Source: the human T2T-CHM13v2.0 reference genome, Homo sapiens
Length of the DNA: 64,000 bases
Assembly (NCBI RefSeq): GCF_009914755.1
Contig: NC_060948.1
Reading direction: 5' to 3' (one strand)
Made by a program: the position numbers and the translations under genes. This document shows, in pieces, positions 12,112 to 27,359 of this stretch. A model generated the notes under the pieces. That model was not told the origin of the DNA. It searched no databases and saw only the letters and a list, made by a program, of their open reading frames with translations. How positions within the stretch are numbered: position 1 is the stretch's first letter; the number at the start of each line of letters is the position of its first letter.

Positions 12112-12546
12112 GTTTACAGAGTTTTTCTGAGGTGTTAGTGTTCCCTAAATTGTATGGTCTTCAGAGGTTTACCCTCTTATAGCTTCAATGGGTGAGTCTG
12201 GACAGGTAGGAAAATCAATCACACTCTTACTTGCCAGTGATTCATTTAGGGAAGACAGCTAACTAAGCTGTTCCAATTTGATTATTTTATTTAATTGTAA
12301 CAACCATCTTATCATGACTTCTTCAAAATTACCCTGCCAGTAAGTGTTGGAGGACTCCCCAGAAGCAGAAACCACCATGCTTCCTGTATAGCTTACAGAA
12401 CCATGAGCCAACTAAAGTTGTTTCTCAAGTATTTCTTTATATCTTTGGCCAAATTTAAAGAGTTAGGCTTTATTCTCCAAGATACTGAAACAGAAAAAAA
12501 CAAGCCACCACTGTTTTTTAATGTTGTCTTCTTGTTAATTCAATCA
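12112..12546 (-). promoter_or_regulatory. Candidate TRIM43-like promoter and short non-coding exon 1
   Basis: Minus strand: TGATTGATTTT (12211-12221), TATAAGAG (12174-12181), donor-like GTAAAC (12112-12117); exact TAAYYBAATCA match (TAATTCAATCA) at 12536-12546. Confidence 0.4.
12340..12445 (+). mobile_element. MaLR (MST/THE1-type) LTR 3' fragment, copy 1
   Basis: gaagcagaaaccaccatgcttcctgtatagcttacagaaccatgagccaactaaa. Confidence 0.7.
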
Positions 12547-13319
12547 ACAAGTGTTTTCTGGTAAGTTTAGTGTTCCAGAGACTGTTAGCCTGGTGATGCA
12601 CCAGTTAATAAAACTTCCTTAAGAGAAATAAAAGTTTAAAAATAAACCAGATGATAAAATGCAGTAGTGTACACAATGCCTCTTATCCACATGTCTTGTC
12701 TGCCACCCATGATCCAGAAAATGTCTTTAGTATAAGCCATTGATAAAGATGCCTGAAAAATTTATGTATAGAAGACATAGTCACAAAATTATTTTTTTTT
12801 CCTTTTATATCCCTTGTTAGCTCAAACAGAATTTACCACTCCAATTCGATTTCTGAATACATGGGAGTTAATAGAATACTCCTAATTCATTTACAGGATC
12901 TACACCAAGTAAAAAAATTAAAGACATCTGAAAAGTATTTTGTGAGTCCTTATAATCCATATCAAGCAATCATGGAATATATTAAGTGATAGACCAAAAA
13001 TTAATCATCATATTAACCAAAAACACATAGCAAGACAAGATTACTAAATATTTTCATTTGGAAATTGGGAAATTTAGTCAATTTTAAAACTCAACAAATG
13101 AGATCATTTCACAGAAGGAACCTAGGTTTGCTGGTAAATTAAAATTATGACATTTTGTTTCAGTTTGGGAGGGTAGTTCTTCTTCTGTAAATTGTGTACT
13201 CACATGAGAAATATATCTATGTTCTCACAGACACTTGCTGTAGAGGTAATAATATGAAGTTAGCTCAGGGATCAGGGCCTCACAGTGCAGTGCTGGTAGA
13301 TTTTTTTTTTTTTTTCCCT

Positions 13320-13458
13320 GCACCTTGAGTAAAAGTTTCCTGAGGCCTCCCCGGAAGCAGAAACCACCATGCTTCTTGTATAGCCTATGGAACCCTGAGC
13401 CAACTAAAGGTATTTATCATGTATTTCTTTATAGCAATGCAAGAATGTACTAATACAG
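13320..13458 (+). mobile_element. MaLR (MST/THE1-type) LTR 3' fragment, copy 2
   Basis: Same core as copy 1, ending tttctttatagcaatgcaagaatgtactaataca. Confidence 0.75.
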
Positions 13459-14866
13459 CTAAGCAGAGGCCATCAGGACCAGCAACAGTCTGAGCTGGAT
13501 GAGAGACAAAGCTAAAGTTTGAGCAGGAGCAGGAGCTGCCAGGGAGACAGAAAGGAAGGACGGACTCCTAAATTCCAGGATGTCTCCTTTAAGCCTGTAA
13601 GAAACTCAGCCACCGTCTCCTTACCTGACTCCTTTGGGAAAGAGTTTCTTTAGGTTAAGCCATACAGGGATAGGGTAGGAGATGCCATTTGCCTCTAGGA
13701 GCAGAGGGCAGAGACTCAGCAGGAAGAGTGTCTCTATGAGAAGGAGACACAGTGGAACAGGTGTGTAGGTTCACAGGGCCAGCTATGGGTAGAGTCCGGT
13801 GTACATTTTTAGAAGCCACAATTCCCAAAAATCTCCTGACTATAACATCAGTGCACAGAGCCAGTCAAATGGAGGAGGAGTGGGTCCAGGCAATTCAGGA
13901 AGAAGGAAAGTAACAAATGAGTGGTTGCAGGAGGACACTTTTTCTGTCGAGGTCACTAAACAAAACATTGTCTCCTCCCCTTAACTCCAGAAACAAGCAA
14001 AGGAGGATAAAACTGTTGCCTGAGCCCTGGGGGCAAAGGCAGTAGATAACTTCTCTGTCGTGTTCTCCAGAAGGGCCCATTCCAGCCTCACAGGCCGAGA
14101 AGTCTGTTCAGTTCCCAAGTACTAGAGATGCTGCTATAAGGGACTCCCGAATTTCCTTCCTGAACCAGAGGCTGTCCAGCCTTTTCTTCCTGTTTTATTT
14201 TTTCCTAGGAAGAAACTTGCCTGTAGAATTACAAGGTTCTACGGTTCTAATTCAGATCTAGTCTTCCACATCATTTTGAAGGTAAAATATTACTTGTCAA
14301 AGTGGGATGATAGAAGATATGTGTGGACATAAATTGTTGACAAAGAAAAAAATTAAATAAGAAAATAAGAGAGAAAAAAATGTATGTATGTACAGTGGTT
14401 AGCTAGAAATATGTCTTTTAAATATTTGGCGTGTGGTATGTGGGCCTCAATGTGTACTATTGCACTAGCTTCCCAAATATTAAAGGATGTCTTTTAAAAG
14501 AAAAACCTCTTGCTAAAAAGTTAACAGTTAAAATAACCAGAGTGGCACAGGTACCAGTCATTAAGTGAAACCTTTCATCTTCCCAGAATAGTACCTGTTC
14601 CCAAGCCAGCTTCTTTGAAAATCACTTTTCTCTCCTTTACTATTTAGTTTACAGATTGTATAGTAACAATACAGAAACCACAATAGTAGCAAAAAAAAAA
14701 GAATATTTTTAAATGAAAACTCACACCCTAACTCTACCAAAACACGAAAATTAAATCTGAATGCCTCCCATTCCTGATATATTTTTCACCTAAATATTCA
14801 GCTCTGGGATTGCATTGTTTTTGGATTGAGTGGAAATTATTGCCTGGTCTTGAAATCTTCCATAAT

Positions 14867-14930
14867 GTGTGTGTGTGTGTGCGCGTGTGTGCGTGTGTGC
14901 ATGTGTGTGTGTGTATGTATGTATGCGTGG
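14867..14930. repeat. (TG)n/(CG) mixed microsatellite
   Basis: Alternating purine-pyrimidine tract. Confidence 0.85.
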
Positions 14931-15098
14931 TGAATATATTTCTTTTTCTTCAGAGCAAACATTTTTTCAATATGTATATTTATTTTAGGCAGATTATGCT
15001 AGTAATTTTCTACAAATGTGCTTTTTAAAAAATAACCTTTAATTTAAAAAAAATTATTCTTACTCAGTGGACCACAATTGTTAAAAACGCTGCTAATG

Positions 15099-15650
<552 letters not shown>

Positions 15651-15759
15651 GTATTTGTTTTAGAAAAAACATTTGGTGAGGTTTGGGCTTAAAAATATAT
15701 TATTCTAAAATATTCATAAATATTCTCTAGTAATGATAAGATTAAAGTGATAAAGACAA

Positions 15760-16056
15760 ACTTTTTTCCTGTGCAGTTCCATCTCTCACCTTCCCATAAT
15801 TTGCCTGTCCCATCCAGCTTCCAAAGGAAATTACTTACAAAATAATGTCTGCATCCTGGGTCTATATATCTATTGCCTATGAGGAGAGCGTTTAAGATCT
15901 GAGCCATCTTCAAGTCTTATACTTTGTGTATAGCTCTCATGTTTTTGCAGGTTAAGTAAGTTTGTATACCCTTTCTTTTATTAATCTGTGTATGGTCAGT
16001 TCATTTCGGGTAATCTTCAGAGGGTGAAAGGGGAAGCTTTTCACTTCACTCCTATT
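15760..16056 (+). mobile_element. ERV1 MER34/MER39-like LTR fragment
   Basis: 3' end aatcttcagagggtgaaaggggaagctttt resembles the MER34/39 terminus. Confidence 0.55.
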
Positions 16057-16281
16057 GTGAAAACTAACTACATTCTTACTTATTCAATTTTTTAGTCTAT
16101 ATCAACACTTTTATATACATTTACTTTTAAACAAAATTTTGCATCATTACACTTAAAATTTTATTTACATTTTAAAAAGGAAATTAAAAATAAAATTAAA
16201 AATTATAAAATTTTACATAATAAAAATAAAATAAATGATTTATATAAAAATTAATCTGACCTGTGAAAAACACTCTCCAGA

Positions 16282-16580
16282 GGCCAGGCGCACTGGCTAA
16301 CGCTTGTAATCCCAGCACCTTAGGAGGCCGAGGTGGGTGGATCACGAAGTCAGGCGATCTAGACCACGATGAAACACCTCTCTACCAAAAATACAAAAAA
16401 TTAGCTGGGTGTAGTGGCGGGCGCCTGTAGTCCCAGCCACTCAGAGAGGCTGAGGCAGGAGAATGACGTGAACCCAGGAGGCGGAGCTTGCAGTGATCCG
16501 AGATCGTGCCACTGCAATCCAGCCTGGGTGACAGAGCCAGACTCTGTCAAAAAAAAAAAAAAAAAAAAAAAAAGAAAAAA
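16282..16580 (+). mobile_element. AluY-type element with a 12-bp left-arm deletion (Yc/Yd-like)
   Basis: tagaccacgatgaaac lacks atcctggctaac; imperfect TSD gaaaaacactctccagag / gaaaaacactattgagag. Confidence 0.8.
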
Positions 16581-16584
16581 GAAA

Positions 16585-17500
16585 AACACTATTGAGAGAA
16601 TAAAAAGACAAATCACAGACTGGGAGTAAAAATTTACAAAAGCTATATCTGGTGAAGATACATTTGTTATCCAAAATATACAAAGAACTCTCAGGACTCA
16701 ATAATAGGAAAATAAATAGTCTAACACAAATATAGAGATCTGAACAGACATTTCATCATAGAATACAGATGGATAATACGTAAGCACATTGAAAGATGTT
16801 CAACATCATTCATCATTAGGGAGATGTAAATTAAAACCACAATGAGATACTGCTACATGCCTATTTGAATAGCTAAAATTTAAAAGACTTGACCATACTA
16901 AACATTGGTGAGAACACAAAGGAACAGGAATGCTCATACACTGCTACTGGAAATACAGCCACTTTGTCAGTTTCTTTAAAAGTTAAACTGGCGAGGAGCG
17001 GTGGCTCACGCCTGTAATCCCAACACTTTGGGAGGCCAAGGCGGGCGGATCACGCAGTCGGGAAATCGAGACCATCCTAGCTAACACGGTGAAACGCCGT
17101 ATCTACTAAAAATACAAAAAATTAGCCGGGCGTGGTGGCGAGCGCCTGTAATCCCAGCTATTCCGGAGGCTGAGGCAGGAGAATGGTGTGAACCCGGGAG
17201 GCAGAGCTTGCAGTGAGCCGCGATGCACGACTGCACTCCAGCCTGGGCGACAGAGCGAGACTCCATCTCAAAAAAAAAAAAAAAAAAGAAAAGAAAAGTT
17301 AAACATATCACACCACCTAGTCATTGAAATCCGGCTTATTTGCCTAAGACAAATGAAAGCATATGTCCAAACGATTGGACAAACATTCGTAGCAACTTTA
17401 TTTGAAATAGCAAAAACAACTGGAAGCAAACCAAATGTCCATCAAGAGGTGAATAGATACACTAACTGTAGAATATCCATACAATAAAACTATTTTTTTT
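16585..17500 (+). mobile_element. Old L1M 3' ORF2/UTR fragment interrupted by an AluY (16990-17295)
   Basis: agggagatgtaaattaaaaccacaatgagatac; Alu TSD aaaagttaaac on both sides. Confidence 0.8.
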
Positions 17501-17679
17501 TTAAACTACGGGGCAAAAAAACAAAAAAAACCCAAAGATAGAATCTAACTTCTTAGTAAATACATTCACTATTAGGGTTTTTATAACAGATAATTCATTC
17601 TTTATTAACACTCTTTTGACTATGAAAATATTTTGACATCAAAAATCTGCAAAATATGAAGAAACAAAGGACACACAGC

Positions 17680-17996
17680 TTTTTTTATTTTTTATTTTTA
17701 TTTTATTTTTATTTTTTTGAGAAGGAGTCTCTTTCTGTCACCCAGGCTGGAGTGCAGTGGCGTGATCTTAGCTCACTGCAAGGTGCGCCTCCCGGTTCAC
17801 GCCATTCTCCTGACTCAGTCTCCCGAATAGCTGGGACTACAGGCGCCCGCCACCAAGCCCGGCTAATTTTTTGTATTTTTAGTAGAGACAGGGTTTCTCC
17901 GTTAGCCAGCAAGGTCTCAATCTCCTGACCTCGTGATCTGCCCGCCTTGTCCTCTCAAAGTGCTGGGATTACAGGCGTGAGTCACCGCCCCTGGCC
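17680..17996 (-). mobile_element. AluY, antisense
   Basis: Full length; TSD aggacacacagcttt at 17668-17682 and 17999-18013. Confidence 0.92.
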
Positions 17997-18030
17997 CCAG
18001 GACACACAGCTTTAAAATTTCTCCTTTGTC

Positions 18031-18351
<321 letters not shown>

Positions 18352-19180
18352 CCTTTGTCTCACCCAGTGCCAACCACCTAAAACCTCTCATTTTCCCCCA
18401 GACATTTCTTCTGCCTCCAGGATGGAGGTAGAGAATCTTGGCCTTGGGCCACGCTCTGGGGACCATGCTGGGCTGTCGTGGTCAGTGAGGGACTCAGGTT
18501 CTCACCAGGATCCCCAACATAGGCCCCTGAAAAAAATGTTACCATCAGGGTGCGCTCCCTGACTCTTGTGTCTACTGGAAGGAGGAAATCAAGCCAGGAA
18601 CATTGTCAGGATAGAGATGAAAATGGGGCTCACTTTTCTGTCTCTTGTGATGTCAGACAAGCCTTTCAGCTCTGTCTCCTCAGCCCTCATGGAATTGTTT
18701 GGTGTGGACGCACCGAGATTCTGAACTGGGTCCCCTTTCCCTCTGCCCTTCTCTGGGGCCAGATTCTGAGCTCTCCATTCCAATTTTTCCCCCAATTTGC
18801 CCTTGCACTTATTTATCTGGATTACTGTCTGCCTGTCCCAAAGAATAAAAGCTTTATCACAGTGGGGACTTTGTTTAAAAAAAATAATAACGGCTATATT
18901 TTTAGGATCCATGACACTCTCCAGCATATCGGTGGTATCTGATAAAAAATGTTTGTTGACTGAATGAACAAATATATTATTCACAATTCACATTATCCTG
19001 AACTGGCTAGAAAATTAAATATCTGATATCAGTATTGGCAACATTATGAAGTAAATATAATTCTGATACAGTGCTCGTGAAAGTCTAATATGAAATGCTC
19101 ATTTTAGAAAACATTTTCTTGTAGATTTGCAAATGTTTCATCTCCATGAACTAGTTGTATATATGCAAGTTGTGTATCTT

Positions 19181-19791
19181 TGGGTTAGGCAGAATAATTG
19201 TCCCCCACCAAAGACAGCCATATCCTAGTCTTCAGATAAGGTGAACATGCTAACGTAAGTTAGCATGTTCAAAGGGACTTGACAGATGTGATTATCATTA
19301 AGGGCATTGAAACAGGGAAATTACCTTGAATTACCTTGGTGAACCAATCTAATCTCATAATTACTTGAGAGCAGAGAATATTTTCTGGATGCTGAGATTC
19401 AGACAGACGGCAGTATGAGAAAGATGTGGCCTGCTATTACTGGCTTTTACAACAGTGGTAGGGGGCCACAAGCCAAGGAAAGCCAGTGAACTTTAGAAGC
19501 TGGGAATGACCCAAAGTTTACAACTAGGAAGAAACTGAGGATCCACAACCACAAGGAACTGAATTCTGCCAACAACCCAGATGCTCTTTTAGAGCCTTCA
19601 GAAAGAAATGCAGCCTGCCAACATCTTCATATTAGTTCAGTGAGAGCCATGCCAGATTTCCAACCAAAACAATTCTAAGACAATAAGTTTGTGTGTGTTT
19701 TTTAAAACTGACTCAAATCTTACAAAAAAGTGTTCTTTTAAGCCACTGAATTTGTGGTAAATTGTTACAGCAGGAATAGAAAACTGATACA
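19181..19791 (+). mobile_element. MLT1 (D/E-type) MaLR LTR
   Basis: gccacaagccaaggaa, aaccacaaggaactgaattctgccaacaacc, terminal ttttaagccactgaatttgtggtaaattgttacagcaggaatagaaaactgataca. Confidence 0.8.
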
Positions 19792-19844
19792 ACCCTAGAG
19801 AAAGTCTTGTACATGTGCCCTATAAACACACAGCAGAATTTTTT

Positions 19845-21945
19845 TAACCTTTTATTGAGTTAAAAAATACATATATAATTTACCATCTATACATTTTTAG
19901 AGGACAGTTTAGTGGTGATAAATACATTTATATTTTCTTCTCTTAATCTCCTCTTCCCACTCCCCTTGCTGGCCTCTAGCAACCAACGATTTACTTTCTA
20001 TCTTCATGAGATCCACTTTTTTACTGCCCACATATGAGTGACAACATGTGGTATTTGTCTTTCTGTGCTTGGCTCATTCCACTTAACATAATGGCCTATG
20101 TTCATTACGTTAAGCCAAATGGCCAGCACCACCTATATTCCTGTGAATGACAGAATTTCATTCTTCTTTGTATCTGAGCAGTATTCCATTATGTACATAT
20201 ATGACTTTTAAAATCTATTCATTTGTTGATGAGCACTTACGTTGATTCAATATTTTGTCTATTGTGAATAGTGCTGCAGTACACATCGGCATGTAGATAT
20301 GTCTTTGATACATTAATTTCCTTTATTTTGGATATATATCCAGTAAGGAAATTGCTGGACCACATGGTAGTTCTATTTTTACTTTTTTGAAAGCCTCCAT
20401 ACTGTTCTCCATAGTGGCTTTATTAATGTAGATTCCCACCAACAGTGTACTAGTATTTCCCTTTCTCCACATCCTTGCCAACATCTGTTATTGCCTGTCT
20501 TTTTGAAACAAGTCATTTCAACCAAGGTGAGATGATATTGCATTGTGATTTTGATTTGCATTTCTTTGACGATTAGTGATATTGAACATTTTTTCATCTT
20601 CCTATTGGCCATTTGTATGTCTTCGTTTGAGAAAATACCTGTTCAGATCGTTTGCCCATTTTTAAATTGTATTTATTTATATATTTTTAACTATTTTTTT
20701 TAGAAGCAAGGACTTTCTTTGTCACCCAAGCTAAAGGGTAGTAGCCTAATCATAGCTCACTGTAACCTCAAACTCCTGGGACTAAGAAATCATCCCGACC
20801 GGGCGCGGTGGCTCACGCCTGTATTCCCAGCACTTTGGGAGGCTGAGGCGGGCGGATCACGAGGTCAGGAGATCGAGACCATCCTGGCTAACACGGTGAA
20901 ACCCCGTCTCTACTAAAAATACAAAAAATTAGCCGGGCTTGGTGCCGGGCGCCTGTAGTCCCAGCTACTCAGGAGGCTGAGGCAGGAGAATGACGTGAAC
21001 CCCGGGGGAGCAGAGCCTGCAGTGAGCCGAGATCGCTCCACTGCACTCCAACCTGGGTGACAGCGAGACTCCATCTCAAAAAAAAAAAAAAAAGAAAAGA
21101 AATCCTCCTACCTCAGCCTCTTCAGTAGCCCATTTTTCAATCAGATTTTTTGTTTGTTTATTACTGAGTTGTTTGAGTTCCTTATATATTCTACTTATTA
21201 ATCCTTTATCAGATAGATAGTTTGAAAATATTTTGTCCCATTCTGTGGTCGGCTCTTCACTTTGTTGATTGTTTCCTTTGCTTGAGGCTTTTTAGTTTGA
21301 TATAATCCCATTGTCTATTTTTGCTTTTGTTGCCTGTGCTTCCGAGTTCTTACGCCAAAAAATCTTTGCCCAGACTAATGTCCTGGATCATTTCTCCTAT
21401 GCTTTCTTTTTTTCTTTCTTTTTTTTCTTTTCACGCCATTCTCCTGCCTCAGCCTCCCGAGTAGCCAGGACTACAGGTGCCCACCATCATGCCCCGCTAA
21501 CCTTTTTTTTTTTTTTTTTTTTTTTTGTATTTTTAGTAGAGACGGAGTTTCACCGTGTTAGCCAGGGTGGTCTTGATCTTCTGACCTTGTGATCCGGCCA
21601 CCTTGGCCTCCCAAAGTGCTGAGATTACAGACGAGAGCCACCGCGCCCGGCCTTTCCTATGTTTTTTTTTTTTTTTTTTTACTAGCTTCATAGTTTCAGG
21701 TCTCAGATTCAAGTCTTTAATCCATTTTTATTTGATTTGATTTTTGTGTATGGTAAGATGGGTTTAATTTTATCCTTCTGCATATGGTTATTCAGTTTTC
21801 CCAGGATCATTTATTGAAAAGACTGTTGTTTTCCCAGTGTATGTTCTTGATGCCTTTGTCAGAGGTGAGTTGTTTGTAAATGTGTAGATTTGTCTGCAAT
21901 CTCTATTCTGTTCCACTGTCCTATGTGTCTGTTTTTATGCCAGAA
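19845..21945 (-). mobile_element. L1M(A/B) 3' portion with nested Alus (AluJ fragment, AluY 20797-21092 +, deleted AluY ~21410-21652 -)
   Basis: Antisense L1 3' text (gtattccattatgt, ttcccaccaacagtgtac, tttgcccagactaatgtc) split by Alus with TSD-like flanks. Confidence 0.85.
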
Positions 21946-24900
21946 GAAATATATTGGCAATAATTAGTACAGAAAAGCTGAAACAATGAAATGACAAAAG
22001 TGAATTGTACTGATATAATTCATTATGCCCACTAAATGCAGTAGCATACAGCCAGGAAAACAATGTAGTGCACACGGTATTAAAATACAACACAATTCAA
22101 TATACACAGTGCTCACAGTGGCCTTCGTTAGAGTGTTGAAAAAGGGGATGTAGTCAGCAAAAGTTGTACAGGTGACTTCAAAAGTAATCATAAGCACTTA
22201 TGATTACTTTTGGCTTAATTTCTTAAATCAAGACTGGAGACACAGGTGTTCATTATGTGCTTATTATATATATAAAATAAATATTTTATAAATCTGTTGT
22301 TTCTATTCAGTATTTAATAAAGTAAATCAATAGAAAAGGTTAAAAAGCAATGCACACATATTCGAAATATTTTTTGCTCTAAATTATATAAACATTGCAT
22401 AGTTATTGCCCTGGGCCTGGCAAGGTGACCCACACCTCTCATCCTAGCACTATAGGAGACTGAGGCAGGAGGATAGCTTCAGCCCCAGAGGTCAAGGCTG
22501 CAGTGAGCCTTAATTCCACTACTGCACTCCAGCCTAGGTGACAGAGAAAGATGCTGTCTGATGATAAAAATAAAAATAAGTTAATATATAAATATATGTT
22601 TATATATTAACTGATTTTATTAACTATATATATATACATATATATATACACACACATATATATATATATAGTTGTTGTCTTGGTCTATAGGCAATCTTAC
22701 AGTGCTTAAGACTTTGATATTGAGAACAGATCTCCTAGGTATATGCTGTGTTTCTGGGGTGACATGATGCTCTCATCTGGCCTCTGTGAGCCTAATTCTA
22801 TCTTACATTTACCCCACTCTTCAACAACTTGGGGAGGTGTCCCTAAACATTCCTAGGTGAACCCAAACCTGTGGCCCTCAACACATTTCTAGGTAAAGCA
22901 AGCTCCTGACATATCTGTGGATATCCTCTCATTGGAAGAAGGGGGAAGAGATCATCTCAAAATAATTCATTTAATATAGCTTTTCAACATTAATTTTATT
23001 TTGATAAAGAGACACACAGTAAATAAAATTTCTAAAAAACTATAAACTTTCAAACATTCTCACGCTAAATCTACCTCTGCTCACATGCCAGGGAAATATA
23101 AAGGTAATCTGTTTCTCAACCTGACCAGGATGCTACAGTAATTAAAAATAAACTCAATTCCTGGATCCCTACCAAAGGGACATTTCATATGGATCAAAGT
23201 TCTGGAAAAATTATTTGTCTGGAAATAGACTAATTCTCCAAAATATAATTGAAATAACGGCTTCTGGAAAGGGCCAAATACGACTCTTAATGATATAACA
23301 GCTAAATATAGGTCTGATGCTCATTCCGTGTGGAGAACAATAGCAGCCATTCCCACAAACGGCAGATTTGGGGGAAGTAAACACTACTTTTGCAGAATCT
23401 TACATGATTTCAGTAGAAGGGCAAGGACATTTCAGTTGGGAACAGATTGCTCCATGGTAATGTGATCACTATGTACCCAACAATGGCTCTTTCTTCCTAG
23501 TGTCATTGCAGATGATATTTTCACTTTAACTATTACCATTGCTGTTTCTAATCACATAAAAGTGTATCCTTTATATATCTGAAGTAAATTCATACTAGTG
23601 ATGTAACATCTCCAGCCATTTAAGTGTAAAAACAGAAAACGTATGATGTGTTTGCTTACTGTTTTATACTCTTAACGCATGAAGAGAAGATCCTTTTATT
23701 CATTGCCTATACTTTTATTTCTAAACTTTCCATAACACTTTATCTTATATCCAGCATAGAATTGAGATTTGCTTTTTCATTTAATCTAACAATATTTTTT
23801 CCTCTACTAAGAGTCAAGCCCACTTACTTTTAATGATAAATTGTGTTTGGTTATATTTTGATTACAATATATTATGCTATGATTTATATGCACATATTTG
23901 TCTTTTGCTGTCTTGTTTGTTTTTATTGTTTATGTTTTGATGGTTGTGATACTTGGAAGAGTTAAACTTTTATTCTGATGGCTACCTTATGTAATTTCAT
24001 AAAATCATCTCTTTCTTTAGACGGTAGCTAATGTCTCTAAACTAAGAACAATAGTATTAGCTGTATTCTCTTTCTTGTCCTCCCTATGTGATTTTTCATC
24101 CCACATTTTGATTTAATCATATTAACTTTGATTCCCCTGGTACCATTAAGTATGCTTACATTTCTATAAACAATATCTTTTGACTCCCAGGCATTACAGA
24201 TGAGCAGTCAGTAAAATCATTCTGTGGAATACTTTCTCTTTCCTTTTCTTCCATTTTTCTTAGTTGTATCATTTCTATATTGCCAGAGCACCTACAGTTG
24301 CATTTCTTTCTGTCAGCTTTATCCAGCATTTGTTTTTGACTTTTATTTGAAGTTAAATATATTCCTTGCTCACTACAACACTGGGGGAAAGAAGGTTTCT
24401 GTTGTCATTGTTGTGTTTGTACAGTTGTTTATTTAAAGACGTTGGGGAAAACAAAAACTGTATGTAGATGGAATGGAGATAAGACAGAAAATGAGAGAGA
24501 CTGATGATGAGTGTGCCTATTCTAGACTGGGAGGCATGCTACACTGAGTAGTGTCTCAAGGCCGCAGGAAAGGATGGTTGATAGTGAGCAGGTGGACTTT
24601 CCACTGGAGGAGAGAAGTCCTGCTCTCAACAACCTGTGCAGAACCAGAAACTGGTAATGCTTCAAATCAACTTACAGACCTGGAGGTAGAAATTTAAGAA
24701 AACTCGTTTAGCACCTAGTTTCGTAGAAAATATTAGCTACTATTTGCTGAGCATCTGTCAGTCTGTCTGTAGCATGGAAGATCTGAGTGCAGGGGAAACT
24801 GGATTAGTAACAGTGGGTCAGAAAATTATATAATATTCAACCAAAATTCCTGCTTTACATACACAGCACCTGATATTTCCAGAACTAGAAGGTAAAGAAA

Positions 24901-25879
24901 TTATTTGTTCTTGAACTTGCAGACAACTGCCTTTTCCCTTCTTCTCTTGCATATTAACCTGGAGCTTCCCTTTTCTTGAGCCTCAGTGTGCTTCTCAACT
25001 CAACTTATAATTGACTTCCTGCAGCTTCTCCTTAGGACAGGGCTTTGTTTTGGGAGTGGTTAATTTGTAGGATTCATAGGAAACAGACCACTCACAGCAC
25101 CTGTTTTATGCCATCCTCACTCTCAGCTATGAGTTGAGGCCCAGGAAGCCTTCTGCCAGCCTCAACTGCTGCTCTCAGATTATCTGCTGAGTTCTTTTTG
25201 CCTAGTAAGAATCTCTGAATTTAGGAACATTGATGTTAGCGCTTGTGTTTCTAGGTTTTCCAGTTCCCAGGGCCATTAAACATTTTTTTTCCTTTCCTTT
25301 CCTTTTTCCAAAAAAATTGGTGATTCCCCTGGGTCTCTGTGGTTTAACCTTAGTCAGTTTTTGTGAGAGATTCAGGGATATTAATAAAGCCGTGCTGCTA
25401 CTGCTACTAACATCTTGAATAAAAGCCCTATTAATTAAAATGTTTATTGTGCCTGTGATTTGAACTTGTAATTTTATTCAAAGTTTTTCAACAGAGATCC
25501 AGAAAAGACCCTCCTTATATGTTTAGTTTTGTGCATTGCAACACTTTTTAGTGAAAAAAAATGAGAACAACACAAGTGATTTTAAAAGAATAAACCTACA
25601 ATCCATCAATTATAAAATGAAATACTATGCAGGTGTTAAGAATGAGGGAATCAATAAGAACTTGTGTGGGGTAATATAAACTTCTAAAAAATAAATTTAA
25701 TGTTCATGTGACCATATTATCGTTAAAAAAGTACAAACATACTTGCACACAACTTCAAGAAAAATGGGTACACGCATTTAAAAATATTTAAATTAAGTAA
25801 ATGGCCCAATAATTTAACTTTGTACAATTCTGTGTTCTCTGATTATTTTATATGCTAGAAACAGGTATTACTGTTTTGT

Positions 25880-26096
25880 TTATTTCATTTGAAATAATTG
25901 TAGTCACATGAGGTTTAAGTTATAATACAGAGAGGTCACATATGCCTATTTTCTAATTGGATACCTTATTTATTACAATTGAGTTTTGAGAATTTTTTAC
26001 ATATGCTAGATGTAAGTTCTTTGTCAGATATATGGTATACAAATTATTTCTCCCAGTCTGTAATTCATTTTTTCAACCTCTTTACAGGGTCTTTCT

Positions 26097-26131
<35 letters not shown>

Positions 26132-26640
26132 TTTATTTATTTTAATGAAGTCCAGTTTTATCACTTTTTCCTTTTGTAGATTTTGTTTTTGATATCAAGC
26201 CTAAAAATTATTTGCCTAGCCCAAGGTCTCAAGAGTTTTCTTATATTTTAAAAAGTTTAATGAATTTATTTATTTATTAATTATTTTTGAGACGAGGTTT
26301 CGCCCAAGCTGTAGTGCAGTGGTGCCATCATTACTCACTGCAGCCACTAACTGCTGGATTGAAGTGATCCTTCCACCTCAGCCACTTGAGTAGTAGCTGG
26401 GATTACAGGCACGAGCTACCATACACAACTTTAAGTTTTATCATATTACATTTTACATTTAAGCCTGTGATTTATGTGAGCTAAATTTTATATAAAGTAT
26501 AAATTTAGATCAGTCTTAGTTTTTGTACCTGTGAATGTCCAATTGCTCTAGCACCATTTGTTGAAAAAGATATCCTTCCTTTAAACTGATTTTGCATCCT
26601 TGTTAAAAAAAAAAACTCAGTTGAATATAGTGTGGTCTGT
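25880..26640 (-). mobile_element. Old L1M fragment with an Alu right-arm insertion (26283-26430)
   Basis: tgtccaattgctctagcaccatttgttgaaaa and similar L1 text. Confidence 0.7.
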
Positions 26641-27044
26641 CAGCTTTTAATAAGATAAAAACATTGGCACTCACCAGATATCGAAGTTTAGAAATTTTTT
26701 TAAAGCTAAACTTCTGAAAATTGAATAAAAACACCTTCACATGTCAAATTAGTCAATTTGTATAGGACTAATTCATTTAAATATATTAAAATACAAAATA
26801 ATTCAAACCACTAAAGTGATAATACAAGACTATAAATTTAAAGGCTAATTATTAAATCAAATTGCTGTATTCTACGTGTTAGAGTGAGCTCAAAAGATCC
26901 ATTGTATTACTGAATAGGCGAAAGTTTTAATTTCAGAGGATGAAACTGATATATTACTGCCACCTGGTGGATATTCTGTTATTACAGGCTATTATAAAAA
27001 TCAATGAGAGTATGTAATCTGTTCTAACAAGAAGCATTTCCTTT

Positions 27045-27281
27045 TTTGTCGTTTTTATTATTGTTATTATTACATTTTAAATTCTGAGATACATGTATAG
27101 AACGTGGAGATTTGTTACATAGGTATACACATGCCATGGTGGTTTACTGCACCCATCAACCCATCATCTAAGTTAGGTATTTCTCCTAATGCTATCACTC
27201 CCCCAGCCTCCCACTCCGCTGACAGGCCCCGGTATGTGATGTTCCCCTCCCTGTGTCCATGTGTTCTCATTGTTCAACTCA
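27045..27281 (-). mobile_element. 5'-truncated L1PA 3' end
   Basis: ttaggtatttctcctaatgctatc...gttctcattgttcaactc; TSD-like agaagcattt on both sides. Confidence 0.88.
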
Positions 27282-27359
27282 AAAGAAAAACAGAAGCATT
27301 TTCTGTTTTACCAATTTCTTAAATACAATGCAACTTTATGTTTAATTTAACTAACTTAA

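Noticed and set aside
23130-23520. Unique-looking segment with a minus-strand GTAAG donor
   Set aside because: Translation not recognisable and contains a stop; no supportable exon call
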